DNA of 58,528 bases, the filler included, from Ionaspis alba (Eukaryota), in assembly GCA_964255285.1 (NCBI GenBank). It is 4 parts of 4 records of this genome, joined end to end, with 100 filler letters (N's around TTAATTAATTAA, not from the genome) between each part and the next. Parts side by side here need not be neighbours in the genome. Positions count along the whole stretch, not along the records: positions 14,700 to 29,266 come from CAXUUL010000415.1; positions 29,367 to 43,929 come from CAXUUL010000416.1; 2 more parts are not named here. One strand, written 5' to 3'. This document shows positions 21,126-34,505 of this stretch, one piece after another. The notes under the pieces were generated by a model. The model searched no databases, had not been told where the DNA came from, and saw only the letters and a list, made by a program, of their open reading frames with translations. Every line of letters starts with the position of its first letter. The first letter of the stretch is position 1. The translations under genes were made by a program, and so were the position numbers.

Positions 21126-24100
21126 TTACGTCCTCTCAGCATAAGCCTCCCTTTCCTCCTCAATCAGATCAATTGCATCCCCTAGATTCCCTTCGGCCGC
21201 CTGCGCATAAACAATCAGCCTCTCCACACCCCCATCCTTCTTGCTGCCAAATCCCAATTTTTTGAGCTCCTCCACACAAGTCTGCACAAGACCTACAGTT
21301 TTCGGGTCATGGTGAGCAGGCACGTTACGCTCGCGTTCGTCGTCGCTATTCTGGACGCGAGGAGGCATGCTAGTGCGAACCGGGAGACGGCTTTGCGGGC
21401 GTGTGGCGGTAGGTACTTCAGGCGCTACACGTGGAATTCTGCTTGACGATGCTCGAGCTGGTGGAGGGGCAGATTCGCGTAAGAAAGAGTCCCATTCGAC
21501 GCGGCCACTGCCATCGAAGTAGGCTGAGTAAGGACGACGTGGCGGTCCGGCAGCGAAACGATCATGCAGTCCGGAGACCGTAGCGCTGCGGCGAACACCT
21601 TCCATGAGCTGATGGCGGTGGATGGTGGCAGTCTCGGCTTGTGGATCGAAGGGTCTCACGAGGCGTGCACCAGGAGCCGCTGCACCAAGGCGCATGGGAG
21701 AGACCGGAGAGGGCGGGGACTGACCGAGACCAGTCATACGACGGAAGAAGTCACCGGATGATTCAGTGTCTGAGGAACTGTTACCACGCTGCAACCAGGC
21801 GCTAGGGTAGACCTTTGGCTGGGTGGGGTCCATGGCCTTGGCGAAGGGCGCGGAGTCTTCCTGATTTTCCGGTACTTTGGTTTCAGCCTTGGGAGCGTTG
21901 GGGCGCGAGGGGACAAGAGGCTCCATGCTTGGGAGTGGAGGGAACTGTGGTGCTGCGGAAGACTTTTTATTCTCGAATTGTTCCAACGAGGGAAGTCTGG
22001 CCGTAACGAGAGGCGACTTATCTTGACTTCCGTCAAAGCGGTTGAGGTCTTCCGCGAAGCAGTCAGCGGCCAGCTCGGGATTCTGTCCTGGTTGATAGGA
22101 AGCTTTGACCCCTACGGGATTTGATAGCCTCTTGTTACGTTCATCGTATGTTCCGTGCGCTTTGTTCTCTTCAGTAGTCATGGGGCGTGTTGGAAGCTTG
22201 CGAATGGCGCTCATGGATTTGGAGTGCCGTAATAGAGCAGCCGCAGCTGTAGGAACTCTTGTCGCATGAGGTTCCGGATAAGTACTGAAAGTGTTAGGCG
22301 TTTCGTGAGAACCCCGACGAAGATCGTTGTAAGATGGAGAATGCCAGATACTTGGTTGATTGAACTGCCGAGCCGTTGGACGCTCAGCAGCAGCGCCGTA
22401 CGACCTTAGCTGGGCGTAAGCTTGGCGTCCAGGGGGGATGCTACCATAGCCCGGATTGTCTCCACGTTCTGGATTCACGGCCTCAGGAAAAGCTTGGACA
22501 TCTCTAACCTCTGACTTTGAGGTTGGTCGGAAGGATCGTTCTTGCGGAGGAACATAAGAAGCTTGCGGCTGGGACTTCGGAGGCAAAGGACGATGAAGCT
22601 CAGAACTCCTTCGCGATACATGTCGAACTGGTGACCGACTTCGTGAACGACTATGCCAGCGTGGAGCAGCCATAGAAAATGGTCGAGATTTGGGCTGACG
22701 GTATGCTGGCGGAACATACACGTATGGCACCTTTCTGTGGGATCGAGAAGTCTCGTGTCCTTGGCTGCGACCTCGAGCCTCCGGGTCACAGGGCAAGGGA
22801 CTGGGGATGTGCCTGAAGCTAATACCGGGACTGGGACGTTTGGCCTGTTCAAATTCTTCCTCGAGCTTCTTGGCAAATTTCTGAACTTCAGCAGAACTCT
22901 CTTTCTCCTGGGTCGGCTCATCAACGAATCTGACGGTCCGTAGCGTTGGTTCCGGTAATGTTGAGATCACGCGACTGGGTGGGCTGCGAGAACTAGGCTG
23001 ATGAGCAATGTTGGCTCTTTCGGACCCAGCTCCGTTTGGACGCGGTACTTCTGCAACGGTAGGATTGATTTGAGCATGGTCTTCGTGGTTGTCAGATCTT
23101 ATTGAAGCACCAAATCGCCATTCTGAATCACGACTTGGCTGAGGTTGCTCCGGGACAGTGCCCACAATGGCGACGTATGGGCGACAGCCCTCCCACTGCC
23201 GGCGACTAAGCTCTTCTGCAAAAATGATGAGTGATGTTCAGGCGGATCGAGAGCTCTTTGACTCACTAATTATGAGCTTGACTTGTTCATCTTCCCCTCG
23301 CAGGCTACAGATGGCTGTTCGAGGAGCGTTTGGCTTCATGCTGTATATCGATACTCCGCTAACACTGCATCTGTCCCCAACCACATCGAAAACGACTTGG
23401 TATATATGATCCTTAATATCTATCCAGTTGGCATTGGCAGGTATCTGAAGTTACTATCAGCACAACCGACACTGCTCTATCGATGATTAGCTGAACGTAC
23501 TGGACTGATATAGATACAAACGTCCGTACGACCCCCAATTGAGGAATCCTTGGCCTCGTTCAAAATTTTCCGCGCCTCATGAACAGGCCTTACGTGCTCT
23601 AAAGCATCCACGGATGAGAGGCCTCGGCTCAATTTATCGAAGCAGCTCGTGAGCTCGTACAAACTGTTCACAGCAGCACCAACAGCTTGATTGTCAGGTT
23701 TCAAAGGCGCCCACTTGATATTCTGCTCGTTTGAGGAGCTCTCTTCAAGCGTGTTGGCGAGCTGGGTCACAGATCTTTCGAATCCTGCAAGAATGCCCCT
23801 GAGGACATTCTCGGCATTTTGGGGTTCTTCAGAGGCCTGAATATCCAAGGCAAGCTTGTTGTCCGTTATCATCTTCGTAGTGACGTGGTCGCGGATCTGA
23901 GATGTAAGGGTCGTTGCATTGCTGATAATTGATGTTATTGATTGCAACACCAGCTTTCGGGTAGTTGCCTGGAGATAGCCGTCGGGTAGTGTAGACTCCT
24001 TGGGCAGATCGGCTTCTAGTTTTTCAGTCAAGCTCTTCTTTGGTACATGTTGGCTATCTGGCCGAGTAATTTTGGCCAATTCAGCACGGAAAGTCTGCAA

Positions 24101-25384
24101 CAAAGACCCTTCAGCTTCGTGATCGATCTTGGGAATTTCAATTGGCTCCTGTGCTGGTACTGGGGCGGGGTCAACAGGGCGACTGTTTGGTGTAGTAAAT
24201 GCGGACGTAGGTCTGGAGTTGTAAGAAGCCCAGCGGTTGTGATCTTGCATATTTTGTGCTTGGTGCCTGGCCTCTTTGACAGTTTTGAGAGATCTAGAAT
24301 GGCGTATTGGATTGGTCCTGAGCCGCATTCTATTTCCTGCCTCCATAGCCTAGTCCACGAGGTTAGAACTTTCTGATGGAAAGCTGCACGAGATAGTCTC
24401 ACCTGACGCCTTCCCTCCGCGGTGAGATTACCTTCGTGAAAAGAGCCGAGCAGGGGTGCTGCCTCATTGGCCGCCTGTTCTGGCTCGACATCATTCAGCA
24501 CGTCCGATAATCTCATACTCTTTTTATGATGGGATGCATTCTCCGTATCCATGGCGGGTTCTGAAGGAAGCTTTGGGGGATTAGAAGCATGAAACCAGTG
24601 GGTCCGCATGTCGTCCATCAGCCCTTCAATGGAAATGTGGGCTCCGGGAGTGCGGCGGTCACGGTCTTCCCTCAATTCCTGAAGCCGAGAGGTGTCATCG
24701 GACTCATCCATTTGCACACTCAGGTCATCGTCTCTCAGGTAATCAATTTGTGGTTTGGGAAGATACTTGTTATGGAGTTCAGGACGATGGTTATGTTGTT
24801 CCGCCATCGACTCGACAGCATTTGCAGGTACTGAAGACTCTACTGTCACAGCTGATTTTGTCGTCTCCACTTGAGGAAGTAGTGCTCGGGTACGATCTTC
24901 AATTTCTTCCCAGATCTTGATAGAGTCGCCTTCCCGATCAACCTCAAAGACGTGCATTGTTTCAGCTTTAGAAAGATGGCTGAGAGGATTGTAAGATCTG
25001 TTGCTATGATCTCCAGATTCATATTGGGCCGTCCTGCACCGTGGGTACGCAGAAACAGGTTCCTGGAGTCTTTGTGCGAGCTCTATTTGCGAGCCAACCT
25101 GTTGCAAGAAAACATTAGAGCTCTGGCCAACGAAGGCCACGTTGAGGTGAAAAATTTGGGAGACAAAGAAATGAACGAAGGACAGGGAGTCTACATACCG
25201 TGATTACTTCTCCATCATCCTGATCCAGATACTTCAACTTGCTCTCCGGATGCCGATAGACGTTTCTGTCGTACTCCTGTCCAGTAAGACTGACGACAGC
25301 GTCGTAAGAGCGTATCTTTGCCGAGGAGGGGTGACTTGGAAGCAGAGGGCGGCGGAGGTTTCGGATACGAAAAGGACCTAGCAT
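21126..25384 (-). CDS. Large disordered protein with N-terminal PB1-like and C-terminal UBA-like domains
   Basis: LKYLDQDDGEVIT|VGSQIELAQRL (acidic OPCA-type PB1 motif) across intron 25099-25198; intron 24350-24402 joins the next ORFs; C-terminus CVEELKKLGF...AAEGNLGDAIDLIEE is UBA-like; exons at 23200-23530 not resolved. Confidence 0.65.
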
Positions 25385-26289
25385 GACTGCAAAAGACCAG
25401 ATGGTAATTTAGATGCTTGAGAGATGTGGAAGGATATTGTTATCCGGATGCTGCACAAAGTAATCAAGATAGCGAGTATTGTAGTGAATTCTTGCGCAAG
25501 CAAGGCTGCCTGGCTGTCTGCGTCACGTAGCTGCGTACGCGGCTTGGCCTGACTACCAGATGATGATAGCCATGAACACAAAGTCAGTTTAGATGCTCCT
25601 GCTCTATCGCTTGCTTGGTATTATTTCCTAGGTCATATTCGTCGCTGAATGAGGTGGAGCGCAGACGGGGAGACGAGTGTCGTGAAGTGGAGTAGGCAGC
25701 TGAGTTGACGATGGCGGGGAGTTGCCTGCCAAGCTTACACTGCATGGAATCGAGGCACTACGGAACTGTGAACGCTAGTCTATATTGGGACAGTTATCCA
25801 GAGAGTGACGGATTGAATAGCCTAGTCCCAGAAGACTAAGGGATATTTATGTGTAAAATGTTCTAATAATGTTACAGAATCGTATTGTCACTAGTATTCC
25901 TGTTGCTAATGTTACCCAGAAGACAGGCCTCTATCTAATTCCTTACCTATAATTCGGAAGTGAGATAGTTCATCATCGACTATCATTCCCCACGCCTCCA
26001 AATGTCAGTCGAGCTGTAATGCTGGCCTGATAATTATGCCTCCAGGATTCTGGTATATCATGGCTGGGTAGGCTTTTTCGTAAAGTTCCTGGAAAGGGAC
26101 ACTGGGCAGTGACGATAGCCTGCCTTCGTCATGTCAAGACACATCTGGGAAAAGACGACCAGAGTGAACCCCCAGAGTTGGGTACCGAGCTGTAAGCTTG
26201 CCCCATGACAGATCAGGAAGGCCGGAGGTCAATGTTGACACCCGATATCAAGACTGTAGCATTCCTGGATATGGAGAAGGTCGATCGAT

Positions 26290-28884
26290 TTACCGGTAGA
26301 CCCCTTTCTCAAAGTAGTTGCCATAGCAGTCAACATTTCCTTTAGTAGAACCACTGCCACTCTGGTGCCTGACAACCTTGACCTCTCCAGGCCAATACCC
26401 ATCGACGTATTTCACTCCCATATTGACAGCATTCTCGTACGCAGTCTTCCTCTTCTTCCGATATTCCGCAAGTGCCTGCACCACATCCACTCCGGTGGGT
26501 TTCATAGCGTCTGGCTGCTGCAGTGTTGGTAGCTGGCTAGATTGGAGGCTTTCCATAGGAAGGACCATCTTCTCCGAAAGAGAAGACATTGGAAAATGCA
26601 TGCCTGGTTCGTCAGCTGGTAGCCCACATTCTTCTTCACCAAAGAACGAAAAATCGTTCTCTGCAGCGGCCCAGAAGGCTGCTGTGTCGGGATCACCTAT
26701 AGAAGAGCTATGTCGTTGGTGCTTCCAGCCACTGAAGGTTGGTGTACGAGGAGATAGAGAACCCTCCACCACAGAAGAAGGCGCAGATTTCTCGGCTGCC
26801 ATTTCCAAGACGATCTGTTGAAGTGCAAAAAGCTCTTTTGTTCGGTATAGATGATGGGCAGATCTTGGTCTTCCGGCAATATGCGTATTTGCATTTTCCA
26901 GGCTGGCTTGGACGGCCGCTAGATGAGCCTCCTCGGCACAATTTACAATAAAAGATTTCAAAGAGTCGACCACACGACCGTCTTTGTCAATAAGAGGGAC
27001 ATCTGTCAGAACCAGAGTCTGAAGACTGGGAATTGCGCCAGGTATAAGCCCTCGAGGAAGATCTGGATTTCTTGCTCGTAGTTCGCGCCGCTTCTCCTCC
27101 AGGATTCTTATCCTTCTTGATGAGTCATTTGTACTATTGGTTGCGCTCGAAGAACCGGCTTCTTCTGGAAGAGATGTATTCGTCGGGGCTTTTTTGAAAG
27201 GGCCGCTGATGCCGTTCACAGCTTGAGCCATCGGACCGAGCCCGGTAGCGCTGAGAATCACAGGTTCCTCGTCGTCCACAAAATCCGACGCCATCTTTGA
27301 CAGATCGACTTCTGGGGCGAACACAGGCTCCCGTTTGATCTCATGATTTTCTTGGGTTTCGAAAGATCGCCCATGAGCGTTGTCGACGGCAGGTGATATG
27401 ATGAAGTGCATGGGATCACCAGGGAGCTCGTTCCGGGGTGTTGTATATCCGTCAGGCAGTTCGTACACAGGCGCGGTATCATCCATCTCATATCTGCCAG
27501 CCTGTAAGTTACCAAGCTCAGGCCGCGCTGCCTGTTCCGGAGGAAGCTCGCATGGTGACGGTATATCATCCTTGAGAAGAAAAGCTTCTGTCACCACGGA
27601 GTGGTGGATTCTCAGGGACGTCAAATTATCTGATGCGCACCGCTCAAGAAAAGGCGTGAGCTTCTCTAATCCTGGTAGCAGATCCGAGACCTCTAGTAGT
27701 CGGGAGACTGAAGAGCGGGTCCGAGGTCTTCCCACAGCCTTTGCAGTATCAAGCGTTCCAGCATCGAGGACATGCAGGCTCTTGCTCTTTACAAGACTAG
27801 CAAGCCCTTCTACAGAAACGAAGTTGTTCGCGATGTAAAGGTGAGTTATCCCAGCGTGTGGCAGATCTTCACTCGGCAGTCTGCTAACAACGCCACGGGT
27901 CAGCCGCCTCACAAATCGTTCGTCAATATCGTCTCCGCGAAATTCATCCATGATATGAAAGTCATGTCTTGGAACACCCGATGGCCAATCATCCTGCGCT
28001 ACGCCAGACAGAGATCTGTCTTGATGTCTTTGAAATGCTGGGATACTACTCGAGTGGTGGAAGCAAGTGCTCAGGAGTGTCCTCACAGCTGTATCCGTAA
28101 TCCTGTTGTCTCTGATATCAAGGCTTCGCACACGGATACCAATAGCAGGGGCAAGGACCTCGATATCATCGTCTCGTAGATGAACATGGCGCAACTTCAA
28201 GACTTGTAGCCCGTGCATGCACTGGAAGGTCGCTAGAACCGAGTGATCTCTTGCGGCAAGGGTGTTTGAGAGGTCAAGAAAAACAAGATTTGGCCAGAGC
28301 AAGAGCGCCCCAGCAAGACTTGCCGAGGTGGTATTGGAGCAATAAGCCGCGATGAGCAATCTGAGATGGAAAGTAAAGGTTATAGGTCGAGACGTGGAAG
28401 GCTGCTCGGGTGCGCTTCGCCGCAATGCAAGCAAAGCAGAATGGTCAAAGAATGGGAGCTCTGAGACCACTAGGGATTGTAGATTCGGAAGGTGTTCGAG
28501 TACATCTCGAAGCCACTCCGGATGTGGTCCATCGTACAGTTCTGACTGTGCTGGAGGAAGATGCAGAGTATGCGTAAGCTGGCGTACTCTCAAGCGTGCT
28601 CGTGGTAATGTTCTTTTGAACCTGGTCAGAGCCACTAAAAGATATCAGCTCACGTAGATACCTCAATTGTGTAAGAGACGCAAAACCCTACCATAGACTC
28701 TGTCATTCTCAGTCCCAAAATGGGATGCTGGGTTCCCCCAAAGACAAGGCCCAAATATCTCGTTCCATCTTCTACATACCAGTGAAGCTGCACAAAGATC
28801 TGGACTTGGTATGTATTGCGCGACAATCAACCAGTAGTCTCTCGTCGTCGCTTCCTCATAGCTCGGTGGCACCATGGACTCCAT
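26290..28884 (-). CDS. F-box / leucine-rich repeat protein
   Basis: Exon 1 (PPSYEEAT, YIPSPDLCAASLVCRRW) is F-box-like; intron ~28636-28690; LRR units LVFLDLSN, LQVLKLRH, VRSLDIRDN, ITHLYIANN; C-terminal DCYGNYFEKG. Confidence 0.75.
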
Positions 28885-29213
28885 GATGGACTCATGAAGC
28901 TGGTCTTTGTGCTTTCATGGTGGGAGATAAGGGACACGCAGCAGGCACAGCATTCTGTGATCTTCGAAGAAGATCACGCCTTATGTTTGGACGTTCGGTG
29001 CCTGAGAGGGCGCAGTCTGCCTCACAGAACAGAATGTTTCATCTGTGGCGTCATAGGTTGTCGATGATAAGCCCTAGAAGAGCCTCGGCAAAAACAGCCA
29101 TATCAGAAAGCCATCTCGGTATAGAAATACGTTTAGTTCAATTATCTTGACAGGAACAAAAGTGCTAAAAACTGCCATACAACCTCACTCAGGTACTGCA
29201 GAACCCCGCCTCA

Positions 29214-29266
29214 TCACCAATCCCTCGCCCTCAACCCCTCCAAATCCACACTCTCCACATCCACCC
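29214..29266 (-). CDS. Possible C-terminal tip of an unidentified gene (…VDVESVDLEGLRARDW*)
   Basis: G-rich coding-like frame running from the linker to TGA TGA; too short to identify. Confidence 0.3.
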
Positions 29267-29366
29267 NNNNNNNNNNNNNNNNNNNNNNNNNNNNNNNNNN
29301 NNNNNNNNNNTTAATTAATTAANNNNNNNNNNNNNNNNNNNNNNNNNNNNNNNNNNNNNNNNNNNN
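29267..29366. other. Artificial scaffold linker (N-TTAATTAATTAA-N)
   Basis: Same spacer design as 14600-14699. Confidence 0.95.
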
Positions 29367-29448
29367 CTTCGGGCATTGCCAATGAAATACTGAAAAGCAA
29401 AAGAAGCTATACATACAAGAGATGCTATAATCATGACAGACATGCCAA

Positions 29449-30701
29449 TTAGAACATCTTTCTCATGTTAGCAAGGAAGGCTCTGAAGGGGAGCTTCCAA
29501 TCCCTTCTTCTCAACTCTTCCCGGAAGATGTCGAAGTCAAGCTCCTCCAGTCTTTTGAGCCATAAACTCGTACTTACTGCAGGCATGAAAACTCCAAATG
29601 CCCGCTCGCTTTCAGCGTTCCGCGTGATCGTCGCTGTTGTATCAGTCGCTGGGCTGTATTGATGTTCTTCTTCCTCTGCATGCTCAAAAGCGTGGCCAAC
29701 ATCATCACCACGCTTGACGTTCTGTAGCATAGTTCTAGCGGTAATTAGATGGTCGCTTGCTCTGGTGGCAACAGCGAACACTGCATCCCTCAGCCCTTCG
29801 GCTTCTCCGCCTTGTCGAAGGACATCCTCTTCCCGAACCCCATGTTCGGCCATTATCTCGAGAGGCAAGGTCACAACGCCTTGTTGAGATCTTCCTCTTT
29901 GATCTTGTACCATTCCTCCGAGTCTAGTACTGTTCGAGTGGTGGTTGGGAGGTGGAGGGAAGGCAAGTAGGGGAAGACCACGCAGAACAGCAACGATACC
30001 GGCCGCTTTACCGATATGTGAAGCAATGTGATCGGCAGTCAAGGAGTTTAGCGGAAGGGACTGCAGTGTTAGATATAGCAGAGTCGAGTATGTACTCTCT
30101 GCGTATTTCTCCAATGCTTCTATAGTTGGGTAAGGAGCATTGGTGATATACTGCTCCCTAGCTGCAATGACGCGCATGAACCAGCTCTTGTTCAGCTTCC
30201 CTCGGCCCTCTGTCCTAGCCGCAAGGTCGTCGAGGGCGTGGGAAAGAAGTATAGAAACCGGCTGTTTGGGCGGAGTACCTTCGAAAGTCTTGGTTACATT
30301 GTCTCGCCAAAATTGAAGACGCAGTGCTCCTACGTGTGGTGTAGAAACGGTATCTGCTACTCTTGCGATTTCGAGATTGAAGGCACGGATGGCTAGATAG
30401 GCTGTCTGTGCTCTTGGTGGGATAAAGGGGAGGAGGGTGTAGGAAGGCGAATCATATTTCCTTCATTCAGGGATGCTTAGCTGGCAGTACTTTGAGCAAT
30501 GGAGAACTTCCTTACCTACCGGAGGAGGTCGGAGCAATATGTTTTGGCAGAGCGTACTTCAGTCGGAGAAGCACCACTTGACGAGGTGGGACTATAGCTC
30601 AAGGAGCTTGTGGAAAGCTGCCTTTCTGAACTTGGAATCGAGAAGCGAATTGACCGTCCCAAGCTTCGGCGAATAAAGGCGCTGGCTGATAAAGATTGCA
30701 T
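29449..30701 (-). CDS. NDUFAF6: Squalene/phytoene synthase-fold complex I assembly factor
   Basis: Mitochondrial-type leader; YCSDLLR|KYD across intron 30461-30519; AIRAFNLE, RLQFWRD, LEKYAESTYSTLLYL, HIGKAAGI..VLRG, LEELDFDIF. Confidence 0.88.
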
Positions 30702-30914
30702 TACTCGCAAAATTAGGACAGGAATGACAGGATACCACCCCCGCTCCTAAGCAGCCGCCGTTATAACGAATCAGGTGCTTCAGTATGTAGTGTCCTGCAC
30801 ATGATGTCGTAAAAGGACCAGGACCAGAAGACTTTGGGGAGTGATAACAGATGTATATGATAGGCACTGTTGACTTTGACAGAATAGATTGATGACGTTC
30901 TAAGTTCTCTTAGC

Positions 30915-30985
30915 TCTGCGCGTGATTTCGCGCGGCCCAAAGTTCACCTCGCGTCTCGAAGTACCGGTCGAGAGGGGCGCGAGTT
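30915..30985. promoter_or_regulatory. Cluster of CGCG (MCB-like) cores in the divergent NDUFAF6/RAD5 promoter
   Basis: Four CGCG clusters within ~65 bp upstream of the RAD5 ATG, including ACGCGA on the minus strand near 30949-30954. Confidence 0.45.
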
Positions 30986-31010
30986 TTGCAACAAGCAGTA
31001 AAGGGACAAC

Positions 31011-34000
31011 ATGAGCGCTCCTGACGTGGAACATCGTCCCGCAAAGAGAAGGCGTTTCTTCGTCGATGACTCTCCTCCACCAGAACGGAAGAAATCAGTC
31101 CCAGTCACATCTCCAGCGACAAACAGTGGTCAAGAATCTAGAGATGCTGCTCCCACTCCTTCTGGTCAGACGGACGTCAGCGCTGATGGTGCTGCCTTCG
31201 GAGATTCCAAGAGCACAGCCGAAGCTTTCGACGAAGGCTTATTCAAGGCAGTCGTCGGCGATGCTGTGCCCGACGACACAATACAGATCCTACAAGAGAT
31301 AGCAGGAGATAGTACGGAGCGAGCCATTAATATGTATCTGGATGGTTCGTGGCGAAGCTCAGCAGCTCCCCTAGTGTCTACGCCAGATATTTCGAAGGAT
31401 GTTGATAGTCTTGTCACGCACCGAGAGAAACTTTCGAACAAGCCCGTATCTCCCTTTGGAGCGAGTGATTCTGCACTCAAAGGGCGTTTGCTGTCCATGC
31501 CTAATGTCCGTTACATTGGTGCTTTCGGAGTTGGTGCCTGGGCAACTCGGAGTGGAAGTCTAGTCAAGCATGGAGATCCTGTCAAGATTGAGCGAACCCG
31601 TGGGAAAGTACCAACCAAAGTCCGACGGGATAAGCAGCGCGCCGATGTTATCGTGCGATTTACCAATGGCAAGGGAGAGGAAGTGGGGAGACTGCCGAAA
31701 GAGGCAGCCACTTGGGTATCATCGCTCATAGATCAGAAGGTCTGCCATTTTGAAGGGACATGCGTGTATGCACCAGAGAGGCTACGCATCAACGACACAG
31801 TTTATCTGCAACTCAGGTGTTTTCTGTTGAAGAAGACCTTCGAGAGTGGAGGACTCATTAAGCCCACAGACAACAATCGTAAAACTGGCATATTTGAAGA
31901 AAAGGAAACATCGGAGGAGCAAGACCTTCGATTACGGCAGATCGCTTTGGTAAAGCTTTTTGATGAGATCAATCTGCTTCCTACCACTCGCAACGAGGTT
32001 ACCGAGAAACACAAAAGACAAGGTTTGTTACAAGCTGCGGAGATCGCAGAGCAGTACGAGAACAAGGAACCCAAGGAGAAGAACTCCAAGCAAGCAGAAG
32101 ATGGCACATCAACAACTTCTGAAGATGAAGAGGCAGAAGACGGTAAGGAGCTTGAGCAAGATCAGTTGGATACGCTCTACAAGAAGGCACAATCATTCGA
32201 CTTCAATACTCCTACACAGGAGCCGGCAGATAATTTTGTCATGAATTTGAGGAAATATCAGAAACAGGCTCTATATTGGATGACGAAGAAAGAGAAAGAC
32301 GAGAAAAGTGACAGCAATGAACTGTCTATGCATCCCCTGTGGGAGGAATATACTTGGCCAGTAAGAGATGTAGACGATAAAGAGCTACCAAGGGTTACTG
32401 ATCAGGACTGCTTCTACGTCAACCCATATTCTGGAGAGTTGTCGTTGGATTTTCCTGTGCAAGAGCAGCACTGCCTTGGAGGAATTTTGGCAGACGGTAA
32501 GTTCACTGGGTAGAACGCCATTTGATGTCTACTAATGCGAGTAGAAATGGGTCTTGGAAAGACAATCGAAATGCTCAGTCTTATGCATTCTCACAAGTCT
32601 GAGATTGCCACGCAGGCCTCAGAGACAGGTCTCTCATCAGTCAACAACCTTCCCAGATTACCGAAAAGCTCTTCAGCCGTTGAACAAGCTCCTTGCACAA
32701 CTCTAGTTGTGGCTCCAATGTCACTGCTTGCTCAGTGGGAGAGCGAAGCAGTCAAGGCATCAAAGCCCGGAACAATGAAAACTCTGCTATACTATGGTTC
32801 CGAAAAAGCTGCTAATCTTCAAACCCTCTGCTGTGAAGCAAACGCTGCTTCAGCTCCGAATCTGGTGATCACTAGCTATGGTGTCATCCTCTCAGAATTC
32901 AATCAGGTTGCTGCTCGCGGAGGTGATAGAGGTTCCCATGGTGGTCTATTTTCTTTGGAATTCTTCCGCATTATCCTTGATGAAGCACATTTTGTGAAGA
33001 ATCGACAATCTAAAACCGCCAAAGCCTGCTATGAACTCAGTGCTCATCATCGTTGGGTTCTCACGGGAACTCCTATTGTCAACCGACTCGAGGACTTGTT
33101 CAGTTTGGTCCGTTTCCTGCGGGTCGAGCCTTGGTCGAACTTCTCCTTCTGGAAAACATTCATCACTGTTCCTTTCGAATCTAAGGACTTCCTTAGGGCA
33201 TTGGATGTCGTTCAAACAGTCCTCGAGCCACTCGTCCTACGCAGGACAAAGGATATGAAGACTCCGGATGGTCAAGCACTTGTACCACTCCCACCCAGGA
33301 CCATCGAGATCGAGGAGATTGAGCTCTCGAAAGCAGAGAGAGAAGTTTACGACTATATTTATACTCGTGCCAAGCGAACATTTGCAGCCACTATGGAAGC
33401 AGGAACTCTCCTCAAATCCTATACCACCATCTTCGCGCAAATTCTTCGTCTTCGCCAGTCCTGCTGCCATCCCGTACTAACCCGCAACAAAACGATCGCG
33501 GCGGAAGAAGAAGAAGCGGCCACAGCAGCAGACATAGCAAACGGCCTAGCAGACGACATGGATCTGCAAGAGCTAATAGAACGCTTCACTTCATCCGAAG
33601 GCGAACAAGATGCCAACAAGTTTGGCGCCCATGTGTTACAACAAATCCAATCCGAGGCCAACAACGAATGTCCCATTTGTGCAGAAGAGCCCATGATCGA
33701 ACCAGCCGTGACTGGCTGCTGGCACTCGGCTTGTAAGAAATGTCTTCTAGATTACATCGACCACCAGAAAGACAAGCATGACTTGCCTCGCTGCTTCAAT
33801 TGCAGGGAACCAATCAACCAGCGTGACATCTTCGAGATCATCCGGCACGAGGACGACGATCTCTATGACGCTACTCCTCCTAATGCTCCAACAGCGAATG
33901 AAACAAGGATCACTCTCCGCCGTGTCGGCTCGGAGGGCTCTGCCAAAATTGCTGCCTTAGTCTCCCATCTCAAGATTCTACGAAAAGAAGACCCGACCAC

Positions 34001-34405
34001 CAAGTCCGTTGTCTTCTCCCAATTCACCTCTTTCTTAGACCTCATCGCTCCGGCACTCTCACGCGAAAACATCCCCCACCTCCGGTTCGACGGTGCCATG
34101 AGCCAAAAAGCCCGTGCCGCCGTCCTTGCCGACTTCGCACTCCCTGCCTCTCACAAATCCAAACAAGGCTGCGTGCTGTTGCTCAGTTTACGAGCAGGCG
34201 GTGTAGGACTGAACTTGACGATGGCGCGCCGTGTTTTCATGATGGATCCGTGGTGGAGTTTTGCAGTGGAGGCGCAGGCGATCGATCGGGTGCATCGCAT
34301 GGGACAGGAGAGGGAGGTCAAGGTCATAAGATTTGTGGTGGCTGGCAGCATTGAAGGGAGGATGTTGAAAGTGCAGGAGAGGAAGCAGTTTATCGCGGGC
34401 AGTTT
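31011..34405 (+). CDS. RAD5: DNA repair protein Rad5 (HIRAN, SNF2 helicase, RING); last codons in gap
   Basis: HIRAN (YIGAFGVGAWATRSG..EVGRLP); GGILAD|EMGLGKT across intron 32497-32544; ILDEAH; C3HC4 RING CPIC..CWHSACKKC..CFNC; QAIDRVHRMGQ. Confidence 0.96.
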
Positions 34406-34505
34406 NNNNNNNNNNNNNNNNNNNNNNNNNNNNNNNNNNNNNNNNNNNNNNNNNNNNNNNNNNNNNNNNNNNNNNNNNNNNNNNNNNNNNNNNNNNNNNN
34501 NNNNN

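Noticed and set aside
26012..26240. GCTGTAATGC resembling the 5' end of fungal SRP RNA
   Set aside because: Imperfect match with no recognisable helix 6/8 motifs; more simply the 3' UTR of the F-box gene.
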